DNA of 64,000 bases from the human T2T-CHM13v2.0 reference genome, Homo sapiens: the NCBI RefSeq assembly GCF_009914755.1, contig NC_060947.1, one strand, 5' to 3'. The notes under the pieces were generated by a model. The model saw only the letters and a list, made by a program, of their open reading frames with translations. It did no database searches and had not been told where the DNA came from. Shown here piece after piece: positions 38,772 through 51,496 of this stretch (the stretch's first letter is position 1; every line of letters begins with the position of its first letter). The translations under genes and the position numbers were made by a program.

Positions 38772-39252
38772 TGTCAAGAAGTCTCCCCAGATATCTCCAA
38801 CACAACTTGTAGATAAGACAAAGCAGAGTTTATTGCTTCACCACCTCCTCGAAGCTTTGACAGTGCTTCAGAGGGGGGATGGTAAGAATATAATTTATTA
38901 AGAATTGGAAATTTGATGTAAGGCAGGTGTTTCAGTGCAGGGTCTGGACTGGGATTGGGTGGCAATCATGATAAAATAGCTCAGGACTGATGGAAGCAGC
39001 AAAGTGAGGATTTTGAAGGGTGGATTCAAAGAATCTTAGGGCTCAAGCAGTCTGTGAACACTCTCCATTGAAGAGTTGATGGGTCTTTTGGGAATCTCCT
39101 GTAATGAGCAATGAAACCATTGGTTTGGGTAGGACAGTTTGGGAAGAGTAAAGAAACGCTAATGAAAGCAGGGAAATAGCAAAGTCATGTTAGTATAGAC
39201 ACTAAGGTATGGTTTTGGTTCTCAGTGTCCAGGCTGAGTGTAGAAGTTGACA
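38772..39252 (-). mobile_element. Old ERV solo LTR (ERV1, possibly MER110-like)
   Basis: Inverted termini tgtcaa...ttgaca, ~480 bp, minus-strand AATAAA near the left end; family name uncertain. Confidence 0.55.
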
Positions 39253-40353
39253 ATGTGGGGACTCAATTCACAATGTATATTAAAGCCTTAGAGAAGTCCT
39301 ATATTAGTTACATTTGTTTAACTCTATTTAACTCAGGCATTTTCAACACCTATCTGACTACAGAACCCTATTTTTTACTTTAAACACAGTCTGAAAAACT
39401 CTGCATTCTATTTTGTTCTCTTTATAAGAGGTAGTTCTTTGGAACCTATTCAGAAGTTGATCAGTTGTGAATTATCTAAAAACATTAAATGGAAGCTACC
39501 AAACATTAAATTGGAAGCTACCCAACGACAGTAGCTGTTCTGATGACTGCCCTAACTAGTCTGACAAGGCTCTTTTGATTGTATGCTATGTAAGTGTTAC
39601 TTGACCTGATAAGAACGGCTCAAGTTGTGAAGCTTTTAGTTGAGAACCCATTAATCCCATTAGTGCTGCAAGAATTAAGTGTTGGGAATGGATCATTCCA
39701 ATTACCTTCCTATCACTTTATACCCAGAGTAATCTTTCTTTGTATCTATATTGCTTATACCTAATTTGTCAATAAACTGGTGCCATCATTTGCATTTTGA
39801 GATACACATACTCAGGTGATTTTCAAATATTTCTTTTCTGCTATGTTTTAAAATACTTTTTGAAATTGTTTTTCAAAGCATTTTAATTACGACTTATCAT
39901 AGATTAATCACCTGTCAAATTTAATTTATAAAAATGAGATCATTTTAAGTTCTGTCAGCTGCATAAGAAAACTATCCCAAGCCTTAATTCCTTTTTATCC
40001 AGTTTTAAACTACACAGTCAAGACTGTGAATTTTTCCTCTTCTTGACTTAAAATTGTGCCATATATTTTTTTCTTCTTCAAGCAACCGTTTATGGCCCAC
40101 CCAATTTCAAAAATTCTTCATTTATATATAGATAGTGAGTTACCAAGTCATGCAGAACTTTAACTGAGAAAAGACTTAATGAGTCCAAAGGTAATTGTGT
40201 ATGCATAAATGAATTAAAGGGAAACTCACAAGTCAGGGATATGGCTGTGATACGTGGCTTGCTAAAACTGCAACTGCTTATACTCCTCCATTAGATTAGA
40301 TTTAGTTGATTTCATGATGTTAAGCCAGATATTTTTTCTATTATAGCTATTTT

Positions 40354-40388
40354 TACACCTGATCTTAGCCAAAAGGCTTAGAAGCAAT
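40354..40388 (-). pseudogene. 3'-truncated U2 snRNA retrocopy (U2 nt 1-35)
   Basis: Reverse complement attgcttctaagccttttggctaagatcaggtgta vs U2 5' end ATCGCTTCTCGGCCTTTTGGCTAAGATCAAGTGTA; TSD attatagctattt at 40340-40352 and 40389-40401. Confidence 0.92.
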
Positions 40389-40403
40389 ATTATAGCTATT
40401 TCT

Positions 40404-40408
40404 TTCTT

Positions 40409-40441
<33 letters not shown>

Positions 40442-40731
40442 TGAGACAGAGTCTTGCTATGGCGCCCAGGCTGGAGTGCAGTGCCGCGATTTTGGCACTG
40501 CAAGCTCCACCTCCTTGGTTCACGCCATTCTCCTGCCTCAGCCTCCCGAGTAGCTGGGACTACAGGCGCCTGCCACCAAGCCCGGCTAATTTTTTTTTTT
40601 TTTTTGTATTTTTAGTAGAGACGGGGTTTCACCGTGTGAACCAGGATGGTCACGATCTCCTGACCTCGTGATCTGCCTGCCTCAGCCTGCCAAAGTGCTG
40701 AGATTACAGGCATGAGCCACCGCGCCCGGCC
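40404..40731 (-). mobile_element. AluY
   Basis: Y diagnostics (gcaagctcc, ttcacgccattct, ccaggatggtc, gacctcgtgatc); TSD tatagctatttct at 40391-40403 and 40735-40747. Confidence 0.93.
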
Positions 40732-41011
40732 TGCTATAGCTATTTCTAAGAACATGGGGATTCAAGTTTGGGGCATCTGAATTTTGCAAGCTGCATTAAA
40801 TGGGTCATGTACTCACATGGGGATCTGGAGAGAAAAACAACAACAGTGACAATGAAATGAGATCAGGGTAAAACAAATAGATTGTGACTTTTATTAATGT
40901 CATTTTCAAGCAATCTCTAAGTAAAATTATATGACACCAAGACATTCAGAGAAAACAGCCAGTCATCTGATGTTTAGATATATGTGATAAAGCTACACTT
41001 GTCTTGGTGAT

Positions 41012-41311
41012 TGATATGGTTTGGCTCTGTTTTCCCACCCAAATTTCACCATGAATTTTAATAATCCCCATGTTTCATGGGAGGGACCTGGTGAGAGGTA
41101 ATTGAATCATGGGGGCTTCCCCCTTTGTTTGGCACTTCTCTCTCCTGCCACCATGTGAAGAAGGACATGTGTGCTTTCCCTTCCACCATGATTGTACATT
41201 TCCTGAGGCTTCCCCAGCCCTGCGGAACTGTGAGTCATTTAAACCTCTGTCCTTTATAAATTACCTAGTCTTGGGCAGTTCTTTATACCAGTATGAGAAT
41301 GGACTAATACC
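41012..41311 (+). mobile_element. THE1 (THE1C-like) solo LTR with an internal deletion
   Basis: tgatatggtttggct...ggactaatac; 5-bp TSD gtgat at 41007-41011 and 41312-41316. Confidence 0.9.
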
Positions 41312-42075
41312 GTGATGTAAATAATCCTTACCGCCAAGAAACATAAGAGACCCTGTCTGTATAACTACTACCCACTGGTCCACAGAATACATACATGGCT
41401 TGGGAAAATTTTATTAAATCTATTTTAATTTTTAATGTTTTCTGGCATTATGAACCAGCAATTCCATATATATTATTTTGGTTGATCCTCTCAATAACTC
41501 TGTCACTTGGTTGTTACATACAGCCTTCCCTAACATATATTAAAGCAGATGTCAATAATTTGGTACACGTTGAGCCATCAGTGAATTTTAATTGAATCCA
41601 ACCCTGGACCTCAAGAGTTGGAGGCTTTATTCTGTGACTATGGTAAGCTTATAGGCAGCATTATCAAACTTTTACCCTTTGGAATTATTTAGTTTGAGGG
41701 AGGTGATTTGACATAAAGTATATCTGCATCAATATAATGATAAATTTCATGGCTATGTTAGTACTTTTATGTATCAGCACAGCTAAGAAAAAAATCACAT
41801 TTTATTTAGTTATCAGAATGAATTTCCTGTATGAGATCTATCATCTAGATGTTGAGAACCATGTATCAATGAAATTTAGCCCCATCTGGGATTTGTCATT
41901 ATTTAGAAACAAGTAAAATGACATGCTTGTGCATGTACATTATTGTAACATTTAAAGTTGAGACCAGTAATTACATTCCTGTAGTTTCAAACCCACCCCA
42001 GCTTCTTTGATACTTTCTCTGCCTACATAGGGACCTATAAAGATTTCAAGTTGTTCTGTGACTTGGTGTCTAGTT

Positions 42076-42254
42076 CAGTGGTTCTAAATTTTGGCTACAC
42101 ATTATAATCAATGGGGAGCTTTAAAAGGTATTCTTGACTTGATCTTACATCCATAGGTTCTGATGTAATTGGTTTGGAATATAACCTGGACATCAGGATA
42201 TTTTAAAAGTTTACGTATTTTATTTCTAGTGTGAAGGCAAAGTTAAGAACCATG
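42076..42254 (+). mobile_element. MER5B-like hAT MITE
   Basis: TIRs cagtggttct...agaacca; degenerate 8-bp TSD gtctagtt / atcttgtt. Confidence 0.8.
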
Positions 42255-42719
42255 ATCTTGTTGATTTACCTGCTGGTACAATGCTGCCCATGGTATCTCA
42301 GTGCTTCTTCAATAATCAGTATCCTGTTTGGGAAACATTCCCCAGAGGTTTTCAATGACTGGGTCCCTGAAACTTATTTCTCTCATATCAATCACCTTCC
42401 TACTTGGATTCCTACCAATTTTTTGTTCTTAAAACTCAATCACTTGCTTCATCTGACCCTGCTTGGCTAGAAACAGCAGGACTTAGAATCTGATTCTTTG
42501 TTTTCCAGTCTGCTATTTTCCAGAATACCATATCTTTTCACCATGTTCTAATCTCTGTCTTTGACCAAATCTAGGGTTCTAACTAGACTTTCAGTCCTGA
42601 TCTTGTTTAGTCTTCCCCAACCTACCACTTAAAACTTCATGTACAACATCAGTATCTAGATGATTGTGGATTGCTTTTTTCTTATTCCACAAATATTTTG
42701 GCATCCTGCTTCTAAAAAT

Positions 42720-42950
42720 GATTAGCATGGTAGTTAGCATTGCAAGTTCTGTTAGTGTGTCTGAATTGAAATCCTGGTTCCACCATTTACTAGTTTTGTG
42801 ACCTTGGATCACATAAGTAACCTCTCTCAGCCTCAGTTTTCACATCTATAAAATGGAGGTAAAGATGATAATTTTTAGGGCTATGAGCATTAAGTGAAAT
42901 AATTCCTGTAGCATGTTTTTCACAGAGCCTGGTACATACTAAGTGTTCAA
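42720..42950 (+). mobile_element. MIR
   Basis: tgtgaccttgg...aacctctctcagcctcagttttcacatctataaaatgg. Confidence 0.85.
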
Positions 42951-44229
42951 ATCCACATTAGAAACACATCTGTGTTTAAATAATAATAAATTTGGCAGGT
43001 AATAATTGGTATTTGTTTTAAAATCAACAAACAATGATTTGACAATTGAAACAAATTGTTTCATCCATCCCATTTGCTATTCATACACCAGACCTCCTCA
43101 TATTTACATATCTTTTGAACAGTGAATTTGCCTTGGAAATACTAAATTTCTTCAGAGAAAAGTCTATAGGGGTCCACCACTGATGCATAAGAAGGCCATT
43201 GCGTTTGATATCATAGATAAACGCTAGGATACATATTTTATAATTGCTTTATTGCCAGGAGTTTTCAATGAAGCCATAAAAGAAAAAAAAATGATCAGCC
43301 TAATTGCCTCGAGATGGATATGTAATGCATAAGTCTCTTGTTAAATGGATCTAGTAATAGGCCACCTGTTTCCCCTGCCTCCTACCCAGTTCAGTATATG
43401 AATGAACAGTGCTTTCTGAAATGAGCAAACCAAGACTTTTAAGTGCAGTTATGTTGTAATTTAATGACAGCTCATCTCAGGTTTGAATCTTACCTAATCA
43501 GATAATTCTAGAGTTTAAGAACAGATTTGTATCTTGCTTATCATTTTTATTGCACAGTCATTGAGATATCCTCTAGGTAGAAGTTCTCGGCTCAAAGGCC
43601 TCACTTAAAAGATGAGCAAGAAATAGAGGAAAGGAGATATAGGTAGGCAGGTGCTGGGGCATTTGGTTGATTTATTCAAGACCAAATTCATGGTATGTTA
43701 CCATAACTGAATTTAATATTCGGTCAAGCTGCTCATCATTCATTTCCCACCATTTGACTTCATTATTCAATCTATCACAACATTTGAAGTCTGCAATACA
43801 TGATATTATCCAAAATAAGTATAAATTAAGTCTAAATGAGCCTAGCCACTTTGTACATGTCAGAGATTTAGGCTCCAATAATTCAGAATTTGTGACGACT
43901 CATATTACTCTGAAAAAAGCTGGGGGTGCAGTTATTCTCGGCAGATTAACAGGTTTAGCAGATATAGGAAGGTGTGTTTAAGCTACTTAAAACACATCAT
44001 TTTCAAGCACCTAAGAACTTATTTACTGCAAATACTAGATATGATAATTACAAAACATCATGACTAGCCTAATGAAACCTGTCACTGTGTTTACAGTGAA
44101 GATGTTTTTTTGAGGATGTTGTTCATTATTTGCTCTACAAAAACCTATGGAATATATATTTTCTTCTGGTCTCATTATTTTAAAATGTTGCACTTACCAG
44201 GAAAAGAGACAATATTAATTAGAGATTTA

Positions 44230-44465
44230 AATGTGGTTTTTTTAATCAGGACTACCTGTGGTTAAATTCCAATTCTGTCACTTCCTGGCTATGTGGCCTT
44301 TGGCAAGTCAGTTACTTACCTTCTATGAATGTCAGTTTTTTCACCTGTAAATTGAGGGTAAAGTAGTCCCTGTGGTGAGAATCCAGTGAATTTATATATG
44401 AAAAGTGCTTAGAAATATGCCTGAAACACTTGATAAATGCTTAGCAAATATTAGCTGTAATAGTA
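44230..44465 (+). mobile_element. MIR
   Basis: ggctatgtggcctttggcaagtc...cagttttttcacctgtaaattgagg. Confidence 0.8.
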
Positions 44466-45979
44466 TCATGAGTTTTTTCCTTGTAATTAGTTTATTTTTT
44501 TCCAAATAAACATTCTAGGATATTTTCTTGTTGCTGCTAGTTTGGGTTCACATTGTGACCCACTTGATACAAGGGCAAAGACTTTATCACTTGCATGTTG
44601 TGATTCTCTCTTATGCTTCTATTATTTTTAATTTTATTTGATTTTGTTAATTGTCTGAATGTATCAATCCTTTTTAGAGTAAGGGATATATTAGTCAACC
44701 AAACAAATGATACAATATAAGGCAAAACTAGTTTAGTTTCAGCTGCTATGAAGGATCAAAGGTAAAAATAGTTCATTTCAAAATATGTTGTTTTTCAGAT
44801 TTTTTTCTGATTTAAATTAGCGTTTTCTCATTACTCTGAATTGGTAAAAAAAAAATCTAACCTTTTAGTATAAGGCTTTGAAAATATACAGAAAAACAAA
44901 AAGAATAATATAATGAATGTCCAAATATCTAGTACCTAGATTGTACAACTGTGAACATTTTGCCGTGTTTACTCCCTCTTTATTTTTCCAGATTTACGTT
45001 AAGGTAATTACAAATAACATGATGTTTCACCCCTAAATACTTCAGCGTTTATGTCTAAAAGATAGCAACATTTTCTTTTGTAATCACAGTATTAATTAAG
45101 GATAATGACTCATTTCACTCTTTATATAAATGATTGGCACAGATATGGGTATATGTGCTTGGTGCATCTTTGTGAGTTGACTAGTCAGTTAATTACTTGA
45201 TGCAGTTTTATTGTATTTGCTTAGTTCTTCCCCCTGGAGCACAAAAGATAGAAAACACTTCTCTCCTTCTCTTATTCCCTCTTCCCTGCCTCTTCCCAAG
45301 TTAGCAAGAGGGAAAAGAATATAAGGAAATTAATTTCCTCTACTTTGTAAACTCATACAAGTTGCCCCTGTCCCATGGCACCCTGCATCTGCAGGCAAGT
45401 TAATAACTTTCTTTCTCTACTGGCAAAAACTGCTGACTTTACTCCTCTCACAAAAGGTAGATAATGTTTGTTAGACATTTTGAGATTCATACATGGAAGC
45501 TGCACTTTATACTCAAAGCTTTCTTAATCCCACAGTTGAAATGGATTGTATTAATAGTAATTAAAATAACTACTGTATCAACTCTATCAGCAGCTGTGGT
45601 TCTGAAAGAAGTAATATTAAATACTAGCCCCAATCTTTTCTCAATTTTCCCACAGAGTAACTTTATCTGTTTCCTTTGTGTTTTCTTATTTTTCATAGTT
45701 TTAGAAAATGTTTAATAATTCTGAATATGATATGTAACTTCCTTGAATTTTTATCAGGTATGATCAGTGTGTTGCCCATTTAAGGCTTGGCTATTGTTTT
45801 TAAGAAATACATGATTTAATCACCTCAATCTCCTCTGGGAGAACTCAGATTAAAACTCTGCCATTGAGAAGATCAGACTTGTCAAATTGTTTTACCATAC
45901 AGAAAATGCACCTAATTATTTAATAACAGCTTTCATCAACATTTCTCCCAATTTGTTCTTCCTTGATTGTGTTCTCCCA

Positions 45980-46300
45980 TGTATCAAAGATCAAATCTTG
46001 AGTCAAATATTTAATATTGAACAAAGCATCACATTTAGAAATAGTATGAATTCCATCATGCCTAGACAAGCACTGTTCCTGTGTTGGTGGTTATTGACAG
46101 GACTGCTGTCACTGTTTGCTATTATGGGCTTCATTAATGCTGCCAGGAAAAAAGGACTCTGGCATTTTGGCAGTTACTCTTTGCCAGGCTCTAAATTTAA
46201 TTTTCTTCTAAGCTTTACAACTTGGCTACACAGAAATTTTAGGAGTGCGATTAGACATCTTGGCTGTTGATTTAGTCATAAATGAAAAATACACTAAGTT
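45980..46300 (-). mobile_element. MER121-like ancient conserved repeat
   Basis: Reverse complement contains actaaatcaacagcc..., ttttttcctggcagcattaat, aataatagc-like cataatagcaaacagtgac, accaccaacac, gaattcata.tatttcta.atgtga.gctttgttcaatattaaata, in the order of the recalled MER121 consensus. Confidence 0.7.
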
Positions 46301-46918
46301 GTCTTTGTATTGTCTGGTTCTTTTTCTGGTTTAGTGCTTTCTGGGCAGGAGACATGTATTTCGTGTATATCAAAGTTTGATGCAAAATAATAATGTTTAC
46401 ATTTTATACTATGGATTATCTTGAATGAATTTCTGGATTTGATTACCATAATAACAATAAGGTTGAGCAAGATGTATTAGGTTCATTTTACAGATAAGGA
46501 AGCTAAGAAAATTATTATTTTAATTTTCTAAGTTCACAAAGTCCAGGAAGAAAACTCTCTTGAATTCTGGACAAGTGCAATATGCTGCCTCCTAGTCTGT
46601 TTAACGTGGTTATTCTATTAACGAGAATTTGACAAAGAGCACCTAACCACAATCCAAAAGACTAGTTTCTAGAGTGAGTTGTAAGAATTGAATGAATGAA
46701 TGACAGAAGACATAATTTAAAATAAGATTGATCAGTAGCCATTATTTGTAAGATGGTACAATTGAATGGACCTATATTTCTAGGTCTCTACTATTTATGT
46801 CTCTATGTGAATCAGTGTCTCTACCAAGTAAATAATGGCCAGTTGTGGATCATAAGTCACAAATGTGGCTTGCTCCTCAAAGCCTACAGGATAAAAAGGA
46901 CATGCAGTATATGTGAGA

Positions 46919-46923
46919 GTGTG

Positions 46924-46961
<38 letters not shown>
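46919..46961 (+). repeat. (TG)n microsatellite
   Basis: Directly visible. Confidence 0.95.
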
Positions 46962-46963
<2 letters not shown>

Positions 46964-47669
46964 CCTTTCCGAAATAGTTTAGGGATTTTAATGTTGTTGT
47001 TGTTTTACCAAAAGTTACCCTTAGGGCAACTATGGTACAATTTGTGTGCCAAGGATATGAAATCAATAATTGAGTCTTGCCCCATGCTATGATTATTGAA
47101 ACAGAATTGATTTGTGTATTTCCAAATACTGTATATGAGATATCGACCTTTGAATCATTTTTTTACCACTAAATACATGGCAAATTGGTAGCAGTGGTTC
47201 TAGTGAAAAATCAGAACACCTCAAGAAGATAGATATCTTTAGGTGACAGTGGCAGGACTTTCTGGTCCTCTCCCTTAAAATGTATCAAGTAGTATCTTTG
47301 TGACCCTGCCACCTTTCCTTCCTCTTTCCTTCTACAAGCCTCCCTTTGCCCACCATCTTCTCTGATTACACTTGATTTAACAAGAACTCCTACCACTGAT
47401 TCAAATGGAAAATATGCAGAACTGCTGCCCAGAAAGCAGGCATGTAGGAGAATCCTCTTGGACGCCACTGGTCTCATTCATTGCTAATGATAGCCTGCAA
47501 GGGCTATCAATCATTTCAGGGAATACCCATGTCATAGGATACAGGAATTACAGAAGCAAAGGGGTGAATTTATACCATTGAAAATGTGCAAATCAATACT
47601 TGTGAGTTTCCAACAATGGATTTGGTAGTGGCCATTGTAAAAGTATTCTAAGATTGATAATAACAATAT

Positions 47670-47900
47670 AAGTGTTCTGAATTTGAATAGCACTTTTCCC
47701 CTTGTCAGTGTACTTTTTTATCTGTTATCTCATTTAATCCCTACAACAGCCCCATAAAGTAAACATGGCAAGGAGGTATTATCACCCCTTATTTGACCCA
47801 TGAGAAAACTCAAATAAAATGACAAGTTAATGATAGAACTTGGACTAGAATTTAGAGCATTTGACTCCAAGCTATTTATCTAGCCATCCAGCCATTCCTT
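47670..47900 (-). mobile_element. MIR
   Basis: tctcatttaatccctacaacagcccc...atgagaaaact...ggactagaa...tgactccaag. Confidence 0.7.
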
Positions 47901-49049
47901 TCTTCCTTCAAATATATCAGCTTCAGTCCCAGAATATTAGATGCCTTTAGGTGAGACTGAATATTTTTAAAGATTTTTATTTTATTTTTCACAACATTAT
48001 TTTATTTGGAAAAATTTTAAACCCACAGAATAATTGCAAGAAAATTACAATGAACACTTATATGCCTTTTACCTAGATTAACCAGTTGTTAACATTATAC
48101 CACATTTGTACTATGTCTACATACACGGGTATGTCTGTATTTTTTTCTAAACCACTTGAGAGTCTGTTGCAGATATGATAATTCACCCCTAAATTAGTTA
48201 GCATGTGTTTCATAAGAATCAAGACCTTCTCCTACATAACCAAAATATAACTATCATGTTCAAAAAGTTTAACATTGATAAGATACTATGTCTAACACAT
48301 ATACTATATTGAAATTTTCCCAATTATCCCAGTGATATCCTTAATAATATTTTTCTGATCCGGAATCCAAGCAAAGATCATGCATTCCATTTATTTTCAC
48401 ATTATATTTTCATGTTGCCTTTAATTAGAACAGTTTCCAAGCCCTTTTATTTTATTTGTACTTATTTTTTCCAGCTTTATTGAGGACAATTAACAAATAA
48501 AAATTTGTATAAATTCAAGGTAATTTAAGTTTATTTTAAATTGATTTCATGACATTGACATTTTTGAAATAACCAGACTAGTTATTGTGTAAAATTATCT
48601 TCAATTTGAATTCATCTGTTTGCTCATAATTAGATTCACATTATACATTTTTGACAGGAATATGATTTGGGTGATCCTGTGTCTTTTTCAGTGAGGCACA
48701 TGATTTCTGTTTTTTCCTTTTATTGGTTATTCTTAGTTTGACTATTTGCTTAATGAGATATCTGACAGATTAAATCACTATAAAAGCATTTTTTTATCCT
48801 TTATAAATAAAATTAATAATCTGTTGGCAATGCTTTGAGACTATTTGAATACTCTGTTCCTCAAAATATTTCACTGATGCTTCTTTCCAGAACCAGTGAT
48901 TATGATGATGGTTGCAACCTGGTCATTTTAAACTCATTCCACACATATAAGTTGGTATTCTTATATGAAAAGGAATTACCCCCTCCTTCATTAGTATTAC
49001 TATAGACTCCTAGACTCTTTCTTTTTCATCAAATGTGTCCATTTTGAAA

Positions 49050-49895
49050 TGTACAAATCTTAAGTGTACAGCTCAGTGAATTATTACCATTTTAACCATT
49101 TTAAGTATACAATTCAGTGGCATTAAAAACATTCACATTTTTGTGCAACCATCACTACCATCCATCTCTAGAATTTTTCTTCCCAAACTGAAACTGTACC
49201 AATTAAACAGTAAAGCTTCATTCCGCCTGTCTCTATTCCATGGAAACCACCATTCTACTTTCTATCTTTATACTTTTTGACAATTCTAGATATGGAACCA
49301 TACAACATGTCCTTTTGTGGCTGATTTTACTTAGGATGTCTTCAAGGTTCATCCACATTGCAGCATGTGTGAGAATTTCCTTCCCTTTTAAGGCTGAATT
49401 GTGTGGATATACCACATATTGTTTATCCATTCATTCTTCAGTGGACACTTGGAATGCTTCCATGTTTTAGCTATGGTAAATAGTGCTGCTATGAACATGG
49501 AAAGCTGTTATGAACATTGGTGTGCAAATATCTATTCTAGTCCCTGCTTTTAATTCTCTTGGGTATATACATGAAAATGGAATGGGGGAACATATGGTAC
49601 ATATATATTTATTTTTTGAAGAACCACTTAACTGTTTTCCACAGTGGCTGAACTGTTATAATCCTTACCAGCAATGCACATGGGTGCCAATTTATTCACA
49701 TCCTCACAAATACTTGTTATTTACTTTTTTAAATTTTTGTTCCTAATGGTAAGAATGTGTATGAAGTGGGTGTGTCATTGTGATTTTGCTTTCCATTTAT
49801 CTAATTATTAGTGATGTTAAGCATCTTTTCATGTGATTATTGGCCATTTGTATACCTTCTTTGTAGAAATATCTATTCAACTCCTTTCTCCATTT
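49050..49895 (-). mobile_element. L1MB-class 3' fragment
   Basis: ORF 49233..49430 (KGKEILTHAAMWMNLEDI); ttaagtatacaattcagtggcatta...ttgtgcaaccatcac. Confidence 0.8.
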
Positions 49896-51496
49896 TATTT
49901 TTTATTTATATTTATTTACTTTTAATTTTTTAATTTTTAATTTTTGTGTGGATACATAGTAGGTGTATACATCTATGGGGTACATGAGATGCTTTGATAC
50001 AGGAATGTAATATGTAATAATCACATCATGGATAATGGGTTGTCCATTTCCTCAAGCATTTATCCTTTGTGTCATAAACAATTTATTTACACTCTTAGAT
50101 ATTTTAAAATATACAATTAAGTTATTGACTATAGTCACCTTGTTATGCTATCATATAGTAGGTCTTATTCATTCTTTCTATCTTTTGTACACATTAGCCA
50201 TCCCTTCCCCCCCGCCCCCACCCCACTACCCTTCCCAGCCTCTGGTAACTATCCTTGTACTCTCTATGTACATGAGTGCAATTGCTTGAATTTTTAGATC
50301 CCACAAATAAGTGAGAACATGGGATGTTTGTCGTTCTGTGTCTGGCTTATTTCACTTAACATAATGATATTCAGTTCCATCCATGTTGTTACAAATGACA
50401 GGATCTCATTCTTTTTGATGGCTGAATAGTTCTCTATTGTTTATATGTACCATATTTTCTTTATCCATTCATCTGTTGATGGATACTTCTTCCAAATCTT
50501 AGCTATTGTGAACAGTGCTGCAACAAGCACGGGAGTGCAGATATCTCTTCAATATACTGGTTTCCTTTCTTTTGAGTTTATTCCCAGCAGTGGGATTGCT
50601 GGATCATATGGTAGCTTGAGTTTTAGTTTTTTGAGGTGCCTAATTTACGTTACCACCAACACTGTATGAGGGTTCCCTTTTCTCCAAATCATTGCCAACA
50701 TTTCCTATTATCTGTATTTTGGATATAAGCCATTTTAACTGGGGTCAGATGACATCTCATTGCAGTTTTGATTTGCATTTCTCTGATAATCAATGATGTT
50801 GAGCACCTTTTCATATACCTGTTTTCCATTTGTATGTCTTCTTTTGAGTAATGTCCATTCAAATATTCTGCCCATTTTTTGATTGAATTAATAGGTTTTT
50901 CCCCATAGAATTGTTTGAGCTCCCTGTATATTTTGGTTATTAATCCCTTGCCAGATGGGTAGCATGTAAATATTTTCTCCCATTCTATGGGTTGTCTCTT
51001 CACTTTGTTGGTTATATTTTTTTTGGCCATGCAGAAGCTTTTTAACTTGATGTGATCCCACTTGTCCATTTTTGCATTGGTTGCCTGTGCTTGTGGGGTA
51101 TTGCTCAAGAAATTTTTAACTATACCAATGTCCTGGTGATTTTTCCCAATTTTTTCTTGAAGTAGTTTCATAGTTTGAGGTCTTAGATTTAAATACTTAA
51201 TCCATTTTGATTTTATTTTTGTATATGGTGACAGATAGGGATCTAATTTCATTCTCCTACATATGGATATCCAGTTTTCCCAGCACGATTTATTGAAGAC
51301 ACTGGCTTTTCCCCAGTGTTTGTTCTTGGCATCTTTTCCAGCAACAGGTTCACTGTAGGTGTCTAGATTGCTTTCTGGGTTCTCTATTCTGTTCCATTGG
51401 ACAATGTGTCTGTTTTTGTGCCAGTACCATGCTGTTTGGGTGACTATAGCTCTGTAGTATAATTTAAAGACAGGTATGTGATTCCTCCAGTTTTTT
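49896..51496 (-). mobile_element. 5'-truncated L1MA2-like element, ~1.6 kb
   Basis: ORF 50689..51543 is L1 ORF2p ([21 protein letters not shown]...[16 protein letters not shown]); L1MA 3' UTR. Confidence 0.9.
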
